From positions 12,152,001 through 12,216,000 of the forward strand of contig NC_043014.1 in assembly GCF_006345805.1 (NCBI RefSeq): a DNA stretch of 64,000 nt. The letters run 5' to 3'. Below are positions 12,447 to 25,439 of the stretch, one piece after another. This DNA comes from Octopus sinensis (lineage: Eukaryota). Position numbers and translations under genes: made by a program. How positions within the stretch are numbered: the stretch's first letter is position 1; each line of letters starts with the position of its first letter. Under the pieces are notes generated by a model. It did no database searches and was not told the origin of the DNA. It was given only the letters and a program-made list of their open reading frames with translations.

Positions 12447-13012
12447 TTGGGTTGTCTGGAAAGTTCGTGCCGATTTTTAAAGGAAAGAAAAAGGTCAATA
12501 AATACTTGCCATTACATTTTTAATCAACCAAATATGAACCATTTTGTTGCACAATACGTCTCCATCTTTCCTTTAACTTGAAAATACCCTCTTACCAGAA
12601 TTGGGGTGCTTTCATGGCAAAGAATTCATCAAGGTATCTTTTTACGTCATCCAAGGAATTGAAATTTTTACCATTAAGACTATTCTGCAGAGACCTGAAT
12701 AAGTGGAAATCCGAAGGAGCAATATTTGGTGAATATGGAAGGTGGGGTAACACATCCCAGCCGAGCCGCAGCAATTTTTGTCTGGTTCCCAAAACATCAA
12801 GTGCCGAAAATGAACTTTCTTATCTTCCATTTTAAAGGGTTACAGAATTAACACAGGTTATAGGAACATAAACCTTCTTCCACGAAAAGATAGCTCAAAC
12901 TGTGCTCTAAATAGAGGTGCAGTTAAATCCTATTTTATGGACTCAACCATGTTCTAAAATAAGTCGAAAGGTAAGCTACTATAAATCGGCACGGACTTTC
13001 CGGACAAACCAA
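12447..13012 (-). mobile_element. Internally deleted mariner element, copy 1 (566 bp)
   Basis: About 30-bp TIRs TTGGGTTGTCTGGAAAGTTCGTGCCGATTT with TA TSD; retains MEDKKVHFRHLM and the C-terminal GWDVLPHLPYSPNIAPSDFHLF motif. Confidence 0.92.
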
Positions 13013-13744
13013 TACATAGGCATATGTCTAACGCTCTGAGGCAGTGCTTTCTAAAGTTCTTTCTTAGAAGTAGTGGAAAATTTTATTCGGGTTTTGGGGA
13101 CAAAGAAAGGGCGATAGATACATCTGTACAATTTTTTGGCCCTTTCCTGTTAAAATATGAACATTAAAAAAATTTGAAGAAGCTGAAATATGCATTAATG
13201 CATGCGATCTGCGATCCAATAACGTCGTTCACAGCTCCACTTGACAACAAAAATGTAGAGTTTTCCTCTGGGACTATCTCAGCAGCAAAAGATCTTATTA
13301 CGTTCAAATACACATGAACGCGTTAAATATGACTTACTTTTTTCATTCATCGCTGCTTCGCACGACATTATTTATTTAATATATAATATTAGGTTAAACT
13401 TTACCACAATCAAGAATAATGACAATAGCAATACCAACAAGAATAAAAGATGTCGAATATGTGGGTAGGCAAAACTAAATATATACCATCTGTGCTAATA
13501 AATTGCAAATATGAACACCTGTTGCAAGAGGCGCACATCGTCGCCATATCTGAGCTAAAAAAGCTTAGGTTCCTAGCAGGACTGAAAAGCCATATGCTTG
13601 ATACTTTGAGAGAACAATAAAGCGATGACGTTGCTCGAAATTGAGTTTCAACCATTGTGTATGTATGTATGTATGTATGTATGTATGTATGTATGTATGT
13701 ATGTATGTATGTATGTATGTATGTATGTATTTATGTATAGGTGG

Positions 13745-13907
13745 AGGAGTGGCTGTGTGGTAAGTAGCTTGCTTACGAACCACATGGTTCCGGGTTCAGT
13801 CCCACTGCGTGGTACCTTGGGCAACTGTCTTCTACTATAGCCTCGAGCGACCAAAGCCTTGTGAGTGGATTTGGTAGACGGAAACTGAAAGAAGCCCGTC
13901 ATATATA

Positions 13908-13952
<45 letters not shown>

Positions 13953-14156
13953 TTGTGTGTCGGTGTTTGTCCTCCCAACATCGCTTGAGAACCGATGCTG
14001 GTATGTTTACGTCCCCGTAACCTAGCGGTTCGGCATAGAGACCAATAGAATAAGGACTAGGTTTACAAAGAATTAGTCCTGGGGTCGATTTGCTCGACTG
14101 AAGGCGGTGCTCCAGCATGGCCGCAGTCAAATGACTGAAACAAGTATAAAGAGTAA
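13745..14156 (+). mobile_element. SINE family B
   Basis: Full head, internal (TG)n and 3' body. Confidence 0.85.
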
Positions 14157-14162
14157 AAAAAG

Positions 14163-14565
14163 CATGTATTATGTATGTATCTATGCATGTATGTATGTAT
14201 GTGTGTATGTATGTGTGCATGCATGAATGTATGTATGTATGTATGTATGCATGTTTGTATGCATGTATGTATGTATGTATGTATGCGTGTGTGTATGTAT
14301 GTATGTATTATGCATGCATGCATGTATGCATGCATGTATGTATGTCTTTATGTATGTATGCATGTATGTATGTGTGCATGTATGTATGCATGTATTATGC
14401 ATGCATGTATGTATGCATGTATGTATGCCTTTATGTATGTATGTATGTATGCATGTATGTATGTGTGCATGTATGCATGTGTGCGTGTATGTATGTATAT
14501 ATTATGCACGTTTGTATGTATGTATGTATGCATGTATGTATGTATGTATGTATGTATGCAGTATG
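14163..14565. repeat. (TATG)n/(CATG)n microsatellite
   Basis: Direct inspection. Confidence 0.95.
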
Positions 14566-14838
14566 CAAATGAAATTCAGTGATACGCGATGTAGAAAACA
14601 CTTATTAACGCTAAAATGATTCGAACTTAGACCTCGATGTCTTTACAAGGGACAAATTACGTGAGGGTAACGCGTAGCTATAAAAGGAATTCAGATGAGC
14701 AGATATGGAGGCAATTATGCAGATAAACCATTTAAATATAACAGCTTGGGTTTGATATACAATATATATATGTGTGTGTGCGCATATACGTTTGCGCATG
14801 CGCGCGCGTGTGTATATATATGTACATACATACATACA

Positions 14839-14869
<31 letters not shown>

Positions 14870-14922
14870 GAAAAGAAAGCAAAGACTGAAGATTTTTAGA
14901 GGATGAATATTTAAGTATAATA

Positions 14923-15307
14923 GGCGGTGAGCTGGCAGAAACGTTAGCACGCCGGGCGAAGTGCTTAGCGGTATTTCGCCTGGCGTTACGTTCTGGGTTC
15001 AAATTCCGCCGAGGTCGACTTTGCTTTTCATCCTGTCGGGGTCGATTAAATACGTATATAAATACGATATAATCGGCTTAATCCGTTTGTCTGTCCTTCT
15101 TTGTCCTCTCTGTGTTTGGCCCCTTGTGGGTAGTAAAGAAATAGGTATTTCGCCTGCCGTTACGTTCTGAGTTCAAATTCCGCCGAGGTCAACTTTGCCT
15201 TTCATCCTTTCGGGGTCGATAAATTAAGTACCAATTGCGTGCTGGGGTCGGTAAAATTGACTGGCTACCTCCCCCAAAATTTCGGGCCTTGTGCCTAGAG
15301 TGCAAAG
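14923..15307 (+). mobile_element. SINE family A dimer within a single 16-bp TSD
   Basis: GAATATTTAAGTATAA at 14905-14920 and 15308-15323; the two units end in different tails. Confidence 0.85.
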
Positions 15308-15635
15308 GAATATTTAAGTATAAATATATAAATAAGTGCACACGCGCGGCCAGAAAAGGTTTTCTATATAATTTATCAGTGACTTCGTCGTTATAAACAG
15401 AAACGTTATGCACCGTCTCTATAATTAAAAAATAAAAACTGCTATCGTAGCGAATGGATATTTATACGGAAACATAAATATAACTTATATAAATAAATAT
15501 TTAGTTTTGCTGTGAAATTAAAGCTCGACTAATAATCGGTGTATCTTTATGTCGCCACTCACATTCTTGTTTATATTTGTATAAAGTAGTTCTACACTAG
15601 TTTCTTCGTTCGTTCGTTTAGAAAGCAGCTGTAAG

Positions 15636-15679
15636 CGATCTCTGATGATCATTTAATGGAGGTCGAAACATGTCAGTCG
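15636..15679 (+). ncRNA. Minimal hammerhead-ribozyme-like motif (Penelope type), probably degenerate
   Basis: CGATCT-CTGATGA-(TCATTTAATGGAGGTC)-GAAAC-AT-GTC-AGTCG: both catalytic boxes, palindromic ACATGT stem III and a GUC site; stem II is imperfect. Confidence 0.5.
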
Positions 15680-16443
15680 AAATCCCGTTACAAGCTGTCG
15701 AAAACCTTGCGGTTTAATCACAGTGCACGATTTCACTGCCAGACTAAATATATGTTTATCATATGTGTGTGTGTGTGTCTGTGTGTCTGTGTGTGTGTCT
15801 CTGTGTCTGTGAGTGTGTATATGTGTGTGTGGTGTGTGTGTACGTACGTGGGTGAATATGATTCTATCTACATATTTATTCATAATATTATAAAACATAC
15901 CTCACCCACCCAGCTGTCAGTAAGCAGCCTTCTGCAAAGACTGGTTATAGGTACAACCGTCCCCTTCCATCCTCCTCTTTTCCTCCTCCTCTCCCTCTTC
16001 TTCTAACTGAATTTATAACAAAACAGAAACGAAGGGATCTATATCAGATCACTGTCAGTATTAACTCTTCGTCATCGTTTTGGGTGGTCCCTTCACCTTA
16101 TAAACTCCTCTAACTGTTCGCTGATGATACTAACTCAAGTGAAATTAATCGGAAGTAATCACCAGCCGGAAATAATCGTTAACCGGAAGTAATCGAGCTT
16201 GCAAAAAAAAAAGAGTCACTTGCAGTGAGCCTTAATAGAGGGATTGGAGGAAGGACAACAGTCAGAGAAGCTTGTGAGGAGGAATTATATTCAGCCTGAT
16301 TAATTTCAATATGTCACCGTTTTTGCATTCTGCCTCCCTGACACAGGCACACGCATGTACACACACACACACACACACACAACACACACACACATGCCCA
16401 CACACACATACATACACATACACACATGCACACACGCGCACCA

Positions 16444-16480
<37 letters not shown>

Positions 16481-16497
16481 TATATATATATATATAT

Positions 16498-16558
<61 letters not shown>

Positions 16559-16877
16559 CGTGCATACATACATATACATGAATGTCTATCTATATCTATC
16601 TATATCTCACTCTCTCTCTCTCTCTCTCTAGATATATATAGATATAGATATATATACATGTGCGTGCGTGTGTGTATGCATGCACACACATATATACGTT
16701 GAGTGAGACCATGTTATATATATATATATACACGCACACAAACATTTATATATAAATATAGGTATATATTCTTTCAGTTTCCGTCTACCAAATCCACTCA
16801 CAAGGCTTTGGTCGGCCCGAGGCTATAGTAGAAGACACTTGCCCAAGGTGCCACGCAGTGGGACTGAGCCCGGAACC

Positions 16878-16938
<61 letters not shown>

Positions 16939-17098
16939 ATATATGTATATGTATGTATATACATGTATGTATGTGTGTGTGTGTGTTTGATATTCGGGAA
17001 CTATTTTTCCACCTTGTTTTATACTTATGTAACTTGTGTGTACATATGTTCATACATACCTACGTAGACACACAGGCACGCGTGCGCACGCACACACT

Positions 17099-17137
<39 letters not shown>

Positions 17138-17255
17138 ACACACACACCACACACACATGCCCCTCATATAAATACAGAGGCACATATAATTATATATTTA
17201 CGAATATATATGTGTGTGAAATCATTACACGATCTCCAATTAGTTCAGATATTAC

Positions 17256-17584
17256 ATTAAAAGACTCCGCCGGTTACGACGACGAGGGTCCCAGCTGATA
17301 CGATCAACGGAACAGCTTGCTCGTGAAATTAACGTGCAAATGGCTGAGCATTCCACAGACACGTGTACCCTTAACGTAGTTCTCGGGGATAATCAGCGTG
17401 ACACAGAGAGTGACAAGGCTGACCCTTTGAAATACAAGTACAACTCATTTTTGCCAGCTGAGTGGACTGGAGCAACGTGAAATAAAGTGTCTTGCTCAAG
17501 GACACAACGCGTCGCCGGGAATCGAACTCACAACCTTACGATCATGAGCCGAATGCCCTAACCACTAAGCCACGCGCCCTCACT
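17256..17584 (-). mobile_element. SINE family D with tail type i
   Basis: tRNA-like head GGGCGCGTGGCTTAGTGGTTAGGG; tail shared with 9184-9570; AGATATTAC flanking repeat. Confidence 0.8.
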
Positions 17585-17865
17585 AGATATTACTTACATT
17601 GAGTAGGCATCTGTGTATGTGTGTTCATTTTATGTTTACGAATGTCGGGAGAAAACAGTGTGTCGTTTCTTTCGTAGGTTTCTTTAGATATATTTTTGGT
17701 GAATTTTTCCAGTATGAAAAAATATCTACAATTGTATATACACATAGCTACACATGAACACTCAATACGCCAACACACGTATAAACAGGCGATGTGATTG
17801 ACTAAATCCTTGAAAACAGCGTCATAGCATGACAGCTAAATGATTGAAACCAGTAAGAGAATATA

Positions 17866-17920
<55 letters not shown>

Positions 17921-18682
17921 GATCTTTTTGACGTTAATTGATGAGGAATTAGCTACGAATTTTTGGTTTAAGCTCTTGTAAAAGTTTCCATTTGTTGTGC
18001 TTTTACTGTTCTACTTATTTCAGTCATTTGACTGTGGCCATGCTGGAGCACCGCCTTTAGTCGAGCAAATCGACCCCAGGACTTATTCTTTGTAAGCCTA
18101 GTACTTATTCTATCGTTGTCTTTTGTCGAACCGCTAAGTTACGGGAACATAAACACACCAGTATCGGTTGTCAAGCGACGTTGGGGAGACAAACACAGAC
18201 GCAGAAACATATACACACACACGTACACATATATATATATACATATATACGACGGGCTTCTTTCAGTTTCCGTCTACCAAATCCACTCACAAGGCATTGG
18301 TCGGCCCGGGGCTATAGCAGAAGACACTTGCTCAAGGTGCCACGCAGTGGGACCGAACCCGGAACCATGTGGTTGGTTAGCAAGCTACTTACCACACAGC
18401 CACAAAGAAATATCCCCTATTAAGTAACTCAAAAGTGAAAGACATTATATTATATAGAAAAATTCAAATATACTACAATTATTCAAAAAATCACTAAATT
18501 ATATAATTAGTGATTTCTGTGTCACGCTGAATCTCCCTGAGAACTGCGTTAAGGGTAAATGTGTCTGTGGAATGCTCAACCACTTGTACGTTAATTTCCC
18601 GAGTAGGCTGTTCCATTGATCGTATCAGCTGAGACCCTCGTCGTCGTAACCGACGGAGTGCTTACATATATATGTGTGTGTG

Positions 18683-18731
<49 letters not shown>

Positions 18732-18732
18732 T

Positions 18733-18990
18733 GTGGAGGTGCATAGCTTAGTGATTAGGGGTGTCAGCATCATGATCGTAAGATTGTGGTTTCGATTCCT
18801 GGACCTGGCGACGCGTTGTGTTCTTGAGCAAAACACTTCATTTCACGTTGCTCCAGTCCACTCAGCTAGCAAAAATGAGTAACGCTACAATGGATTGGCG
18901 TCCCGTCCAGCTGGGGAACGCATACGCCATTGAAACCAGGAAACCGGGCCCATGAGCCTGGGTAGGCTTTAAAAGGGCGCATTTATTTTA
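18733..18990 (+). mobile_element. SINE family D with tail type ii
   Basis: D body followed by GGATTGGCGTCCCGTCCAGCTGGGG...GAAACCGGGCCCATGAGCC, the tail shared with family C copies at 25440-25761 and 38659-38973. Confidence 0.8.
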
Positions 18991-19024
18991 TTATATATAT
19001 ATATATATATAAATATATATATAT

Positions 19025-19091
<67 letters not shown>

Positions 19092-19521
19092 TGTATGTAA
19101 TAAAAGAAGGAAAATCCACACAGTTTACATAGTTTTAATATATTTTTAAATATATTTTATCGGTGTAAAAGTATTGTGCTTATCGACCGGTTTTGCTTTC
19201 GCTAATCATGACATTGAAATTATTGCAATTTAGTATTTCTTAAGAAGATGTTAGTCCATGTTGTGTATGGGGGGGGCGGTTGGGAATGAAATATTCATAT
19301 ACGGTCACCTCGCATAGGAGAGAAAATCCCATCTAGATTAATTTAGTTGAGGCATTTTGAAAGTTTCAAATTTAAATCAGAGTAAATATACAACATACAC
19401 ACATTTAATATTTCTAAAGATAAATGGTTGGGGTTATGATGATGACAGCGGTAGGATGTTAGCGGTGGTGCAATAGTGGTTGGTATGATGGAAGTAGAAT
19501 TAGTGGTAGAGTTGATTATCG

Positions 19522-19554
<33 letters not shown>

Positions 19555-20553
19555 CGACAACGACGGCAGCGGCGGAGGTGGTGGTGGTAGTGGTGATGAG
19601 GATTGCATGGTGGTGGGATGATATTTAAAAGTTGGTGGTGACGGAGAAAAGAACGAGTGAAGGAAAAGAGAGAGAAAGAGGGGGAGGGAGGTAGTGGGGA
19701 AAGGGAGAAAAAGGGTTGAGGGATATGAAAATGAGAGAGAGAGAGGGAGGGAGAGTCGGAGGATGAGGAAAGAAAAAAAAAGGAAGGAATGAAAAAGTGA
19801 GAAAGTTAGTAAAGGAGCGACAGGAGGAAACAAAGAGAGTAAAAGAGAAAGAAAGAAAAAAAGAAAGAAAGAAAGAAAGCGGACAAAAAGGAGAAAATGG
19901 AGAAAAAGAGAGAAGAGGTGAAAAGAAATGAACGACGAAGTAAAGAGAGCATATCATCAGAGAGAGAAAGAGAAAGAGAGAGAAAGAAGTTGAAGGAGGC
20001 GTATTAAGAGAGAATATAAACCTAATGAGAGAGAGAGGAGGAGGAGGAGAGGAAAAGGAGGAGGAAGTGAACAATAAGCGTGAGAACTGATGAGGAAAGA
20101 AATGTAGGTGGAGGTAGGTGAGAAGTGGTGGTGGTGGTGGTGGTGGTGGTGTGGTTGGAGGAGGAAGAGGAGAAGAAGTAATCCAAGCAAAGAAAATGTA
20201 ATAATAGGAGGGAGAAGGTGGAAGAAAGCGAAGGAGAAGAATGGGTCGTTGTAGACGAAGCGGACGCGGTTTACGAGCGAGTGTCAAAATTATACACTCT
20301 CCCGGTGCGAACTCATTATACTAGTGTTTACACTGGCGGCGGCAGCGGCGAAGGCCGTGATGGCGTCGGCGATGGCGGTGGCGATGGAGATGGTGGTAGT
20401 GGGGGTGATGTATTTTCTGTTTTGGTGGTGGTGGTAGTTGTGGTGGTGGTGGTTTTTGGCGGCGGCGATGTTGGAGGCCGATGATGGGAAGGTGGGGAGT
20501 CATAGTAATAATAGTGGTGGTTATGGTAGTAGTTTGGAGATTGGTCAATGGTG

Positions 20554-20625
20554 GCAGTGGTGGTCTAGTGGTTAGGATTCCTGGCTTTCACCCAGGCGAC
20601 CCGGGTTCGATTCCCGGCATGGGAA
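20554..20625 (+). pseudogene. tRNA-Glu(TTC) pseudogene lacking the 5' acceptor strand
   Basis: TGGTCTAGTGGTTAGGATTCCTGGCTTTCACCCAGGCGACCCGGGTTCGATTCCCGGCATGGGAA has intact D, anticodon (TTC) and T arms. Positions 1-7 read GCAGTGG instead of the TCCCATG needed to pair with CATGGGA. Confidence 0.9.
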
Positions 20626-20639
20626 CGGCATTTCTGCTA

Positions 20640-20869
20640 GGGCGGCGAGCTGGCAGAAACGTTAGCACGGCGGATGAAATGCTTAGCGGTATTTCGTCTG
20701 CCGCTACGTTCTGAGTTCAAATTCCGCCGAGGTCGACTTTGCCTTTCATCCTTTCGGGGTCGATTAAAAAAGTACCAGTTGCACACTGAGGTCGATATAA
20801 CCGACTTAATACCTATGTCTGTCCTTGTTTGTCCCCTCTATGTTTAGCCCCTGGGTAATAAAGAAATAG
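20640..20869 (+). mobile_element. SINE family A directly downstream of the tRNA-Glu fragment
   Basis: Full head GGCGGCGAGCTGGCAGAAACGTTAGCACG through tail ...GTAATAAAGAAATAG. Confidence 0.88.
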
Positions 20870-22560
20870 GTGGCGGTGGTTGGTGGTGGCGGTGGTGGTG
20901 GAGGTAGTGGTGGTGGTTTTTGGCGGCGGCGGCGATATTGGGAGCCGATGATGGGAAGGTGGGGAGTCATAGTAATGATAGTGGTGGTTATGGTGGTAGT
21001 TTGAAGATTGGTCAATGGTGGCGGTGATGGTATCGGTGGTTCTGCTGTTATTGTTTAGCCCTGGGTTCGGTCCCGGTCAGAGTAGATCAAAGGCATCGAA
21101 GCTGTGATTACTTCATCGTTTTTCTTTTTTTTGTTGTTTTCTTTTTTGTATATCTTTCCTCTACATTCTATGTATCCTTCAATTTCTTGCTTGTCGGTGA
21201 TGCTATCGGTTGTGTATGCACGGTGTTCGTCACGGCCATGTTGTCGGTGGTGGAGGTGGTACTTTTGTTTTTTCGGTGAACGTAATGGTGGTGATGACAG
21301 GAATGGCAGTTTTGATGATGATGAAGGTGACGAATTTGGTGTTCTTTTATTCTTTTAGTCTTTTATTTGTTTCAGTCATTTGACTGCGGTGATGCTGGAG
21401 CACCGCTTTTAGTCGAACAAAACGACCCCAGGACTTATTCTTTGCAAGCCTGGTACTTATTCTATCGGTTCTTCTTTTGCCGAACCGCTAAGTTATGGGG
21501 ACGTGAACACACCAACATCGGTTGTCAAGCGATGGTGGGGGGACAAACACAGACACACAAACACACACACATATTTTTATTTTTTTATTTTATTTTATCT
21601 AGTTTCAGCTCACGAGTTGTGGCCATGCTGGGGCACCGCCATTGTCCCCGCTACCGAAACGGTAATTATTTCTACGCCAGCTGCTATGTTGTTGTTGTTT
21701 CTGTCTCATTTGGTCTAAAGTCGTATGACAACCACCGTTATATATATTTTGTTTATTCATTACTGTTTTCAATTTCGTTTTCGTCTCTTGTATTTACATC
21801 CGTCTTGTGCGTTCACATTCCTGTCTTCTACCAAGAAATCTAATGCTTAAGCTTAGTTTTTTCTTGGGGCTGGCCGAGTTGGAGCAAATATCAGAATTGA
21901 ACAGCCGAAATTTGCTATGATGATTCGGTGTGACGACTGACTGAGATTGAAGGCTTCGAATGATTTGTGTGTTCCGGTTCGTCCCTTCCTGATTCACGTT
22001 CATTATGTATAAAAACAAAAAACATTCATTCTATATATATATATATAATATATATATAATATATGCTATATATAATTAATATATATAATATATTATATAT
22101 ATTATATATATATATATATATAATACATATAATATATATTACATATAGATATATATATATATATATTATTATATATACGACAGGCTTCTTTCAGTTCAGT
22201 TTCCGTTTAGATCTATCAAATCACTCACAGGCTTTGTCGGCCCCGAGGCTATAGTAGAAGACACTTGCCCAAGGTACCACACAGTGGGACTGAACCCGGA
22301 ACCATGTGGTTGGTAAGCAAGCTACTTACCACACAGCCACTCCTATTGGTAGTGATTATTGCAGTGTTGGTGGTTGTGGTGGTGGTGGTGATGACGGTGG
22401 TGGTGGTGGTGGTGGTGTTGGTGGTGATGACGGTGGTGGTGGTGGTGGTGGTGCGAGTGCAGGTGCGGGTGGTGCGGGTGGTGATGGTGGTAGTGGTGGT
22501 GGTGTAAGCTACCGTGGTTATAGGACATACATGTCTTGCTGACAAAGAAAAGGCTTTTAA

Positions 22561-22685
22561 TTATGCACTGTTTAACATGGTAAACGGGTGAGACTGAAGA
22601 TGAGGCGAAGAATACGCAAAGGCTGGAAGGGTGACTGGAATCTCATCACAGACGCACTCCTCCCCTTCATACACAGCGCCAGCAA
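22561..22685 (-). CDS. Candidate terminal coding exon of the WIF-domain gene: (V)AGAVYEGEECVCDEIPVTLPAFAYSSPHLQSHPFTMLNSA*
   Basis: U-rich tract ...ttgttgatgttgttgcAG acceptor; its phase-1 start completes the G left by exon 31608-31751 (GTT); open to TAA with an overlapping ATTAAA; unique non-repetitive island. I recognise no homology. Confidence 0.5.
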
Positions 22686-23598
22686 CTGCAACAACATCAA
22701 CAACAAAAATAATAAATAAATAAATAAATAAATAAGAGTGACTATGTGGTAAGTAACTTGTTTACCAACCACATCGTTCCGGGTTCAGGCCCACTGCGTG
22801 GTACCTTGGGCAAGTGTCTTCTACTATAGCCTCAGACTAACTAAAACCTTGTGAGTGAATTTGGTAGACGGAAACTGCAAGAAGCCCGTCGTATATATGT
22901 ATATGTACATGTGTGTGTATATTTTTGTGTGTCTGTGTTTGTCCCCACAACCGATGCTGGTGTGTTTCTGTCCCCGTAACTTCGCGGTTCGGCAAAAGAG
23001 ACCGATAGAATAAGTACTAGGCTTACAAAGAATAAGTCCTGGGATCGATTTGCTTGACTAAAGGCGGTGCTCCAGCATGGCCGCAGTCACATGACTGAAA
23101 CAAGTAAAAGAGTAAAAGAGTAAATAAATAAATAAATAAAAATAAATAGGGAGTCGACATAAAGGGGGAACCTGAGAAAACAAGGAAGTCCGAGATAAGC
23201 AGCGAGGGAGTCCAAGATAACGAAGACGATACTGATTGAATCTGCGATGACGAGGTTGTCTGATCTATGGAAGGTGCCTGAAATAAAGTAGCCTGTGTTA
23301 ACGAATTAGCCGCCACGTCACCGCTCCTCCTGCCAGAAATAGCAGCCAAATTGCCCTCAAATCACACTGCCTTATCAGGGGCTTTATGGACCCCAGTTTA
23401 GAACCACTGATCTAGAGCAAAAAAATAAACAAAGACAGGGAAACAGTGGTAACAAGCTTGCTTTCAAACCACATGCTTCCAGGTTCAGTCCCACTGCGTG
23501 GCATCTTGGGCAAGTGTCTTCTATTATAACCTCGGGCTAACCAAAACCTTGTGAGTGAAATTGGTAGACGGAAACTGAAAAAAACCCGTCGTATATAT

Positions 23599-23635
<37 letters not shown>

Positions 23636-24661
23636 ACCACCGCTTGACAACCGGTGTTGGTGTATTTATGTCCCCGTAACAAAGCGATTCGGCAAAGGAG
23701 ACCGATAGAATAAGTACCAGGCTTCAGAAAATAATAATTAAAAAAACAACTACTGAGGTCGATTCGTTCAACTAAAGTTCTTCAACGTGGTGCCCCAGCA
23801 TGGCCGCAGTCTAACGACTGAAACAAGTGACAGAACAAAAGAATAAAAGAATAAAAGAATATATAAAGCATTTTTCTTTTTTTTTTCTTAAAAAAAGAAA
23901 AAGAAGAGAAAAAACTGATAAAAACCCCTCAAACATTTCGGTATTGTTGAATTCCTGAAAACTGTGGAAAAGGTTCTTAGAAAAACATTTGGTCTGTGAA
24001 GACAGAGGTTAAAACAGTTTGGGAATGAAGACGCTCGCCATTTATGTTCAGGGCCACCCAAGTTTTTTTCTCGTTGGTTCTTTGTAAAACACATGCACAC
24101 AAACACGCACCGATACACATATACAGATATACGCACGAACACATACATGGTTAAACGCACAGTGTCAAACACACCACACACGCAACAGGCACGCACACAT
24201 ACACGCCAATATATATACTATTATATATTATATATATATATATATATAATATGGTATATTATATATTAGATATAGAGAATATATAATATAAGATATATAA
24301 TATAAATATATATATAGACATATATACATATATATATTCATATATATACATATATATATATACTATATTATATACGTATAGACTCATAATATACATATAT
24401 ACATATATATATATATACATATATATACATATATATATATACACACATATATATATATAATATACATATATAATATACACACACATATATATATACATAT
24501 ATATACATATATATACATATATATATATACATATATATACATATATATATATAACATATATATACATATATATATATACATATATATACACACACACATA
24601 TATATCTATATATATATATATATATATATATTATACACACATATATAACATATATATATAC

Positions 24662-24695
<34 letters not shown>

Positions 24696-25439
24696 TGTGT
24701 GATATTATATACACACACACGCACAATAACATATATGTATATATACGCACGCACCGACGAACGCAGACTGTCCCACACGTAACTATCGTTACATATACAC
24801 ATACCTACGCATACTGACGGACACACACGCACGCACACACACACACACACACACACACATGCAAACTCACATACATATACACTCAAATGCACACTATACC
24901 GTTACATATACACATGCACACGTACACACATATGTCTTCACACCTAAATACACACACACACACACACAAACACATACGCGCATGCTACTTACTACATCGC
25001 GCTTCTTCGCGCATAATCCCACTTTCACACTCTCCGACTCCTAACACGCAAAATACTCAGTCCCCTCGACCCACCCTCTCTCTCACTCTCGTTCCTTCTC
25101 TCTCTCCCTCACACACACACATACACACACACAAACATTCCAAATGTTTGCTACTTGTTAACACGACGTGAATACACAACACTGCATTGTGTTCACATAG
25201 CGACTGCTTCACATATTCCTTATTCTTGTTGCTGCTATTGTTGTCCCGGTCGTTACCGCTGCAGTCTGATGGTGCTGCCGTTTCTCTTTCGTCAGATAAT
25301 AAATACCATTGGTCAATTAATTAACTAATACTAACGAACAAAATCGGTTACCATTGATAAGGTCTCATTTAACCAGTGGTAACGAATAAAATCTGTTACC
25401 ATTAGTTAAGTACACACTAATCAATGGTATCAAACAAAG

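Noticed and set aside
19625-20548. Pro/Ser/Gly-rich ORFs
   Set aside because: Low-complexity purine-rich and (GGT)n sequence.
21794-22018. 74-aa minus-strand ORF in unique sequence
   Set aside because: No recognisable domain or convincing splice sites; more likely UTR or intron.
23023-23349. Ser-rich minus-strand ORF with an apparent acceptor
   Set aside because: Begins in an old dispersed repeat and runs into a SINE; no donor or homology.
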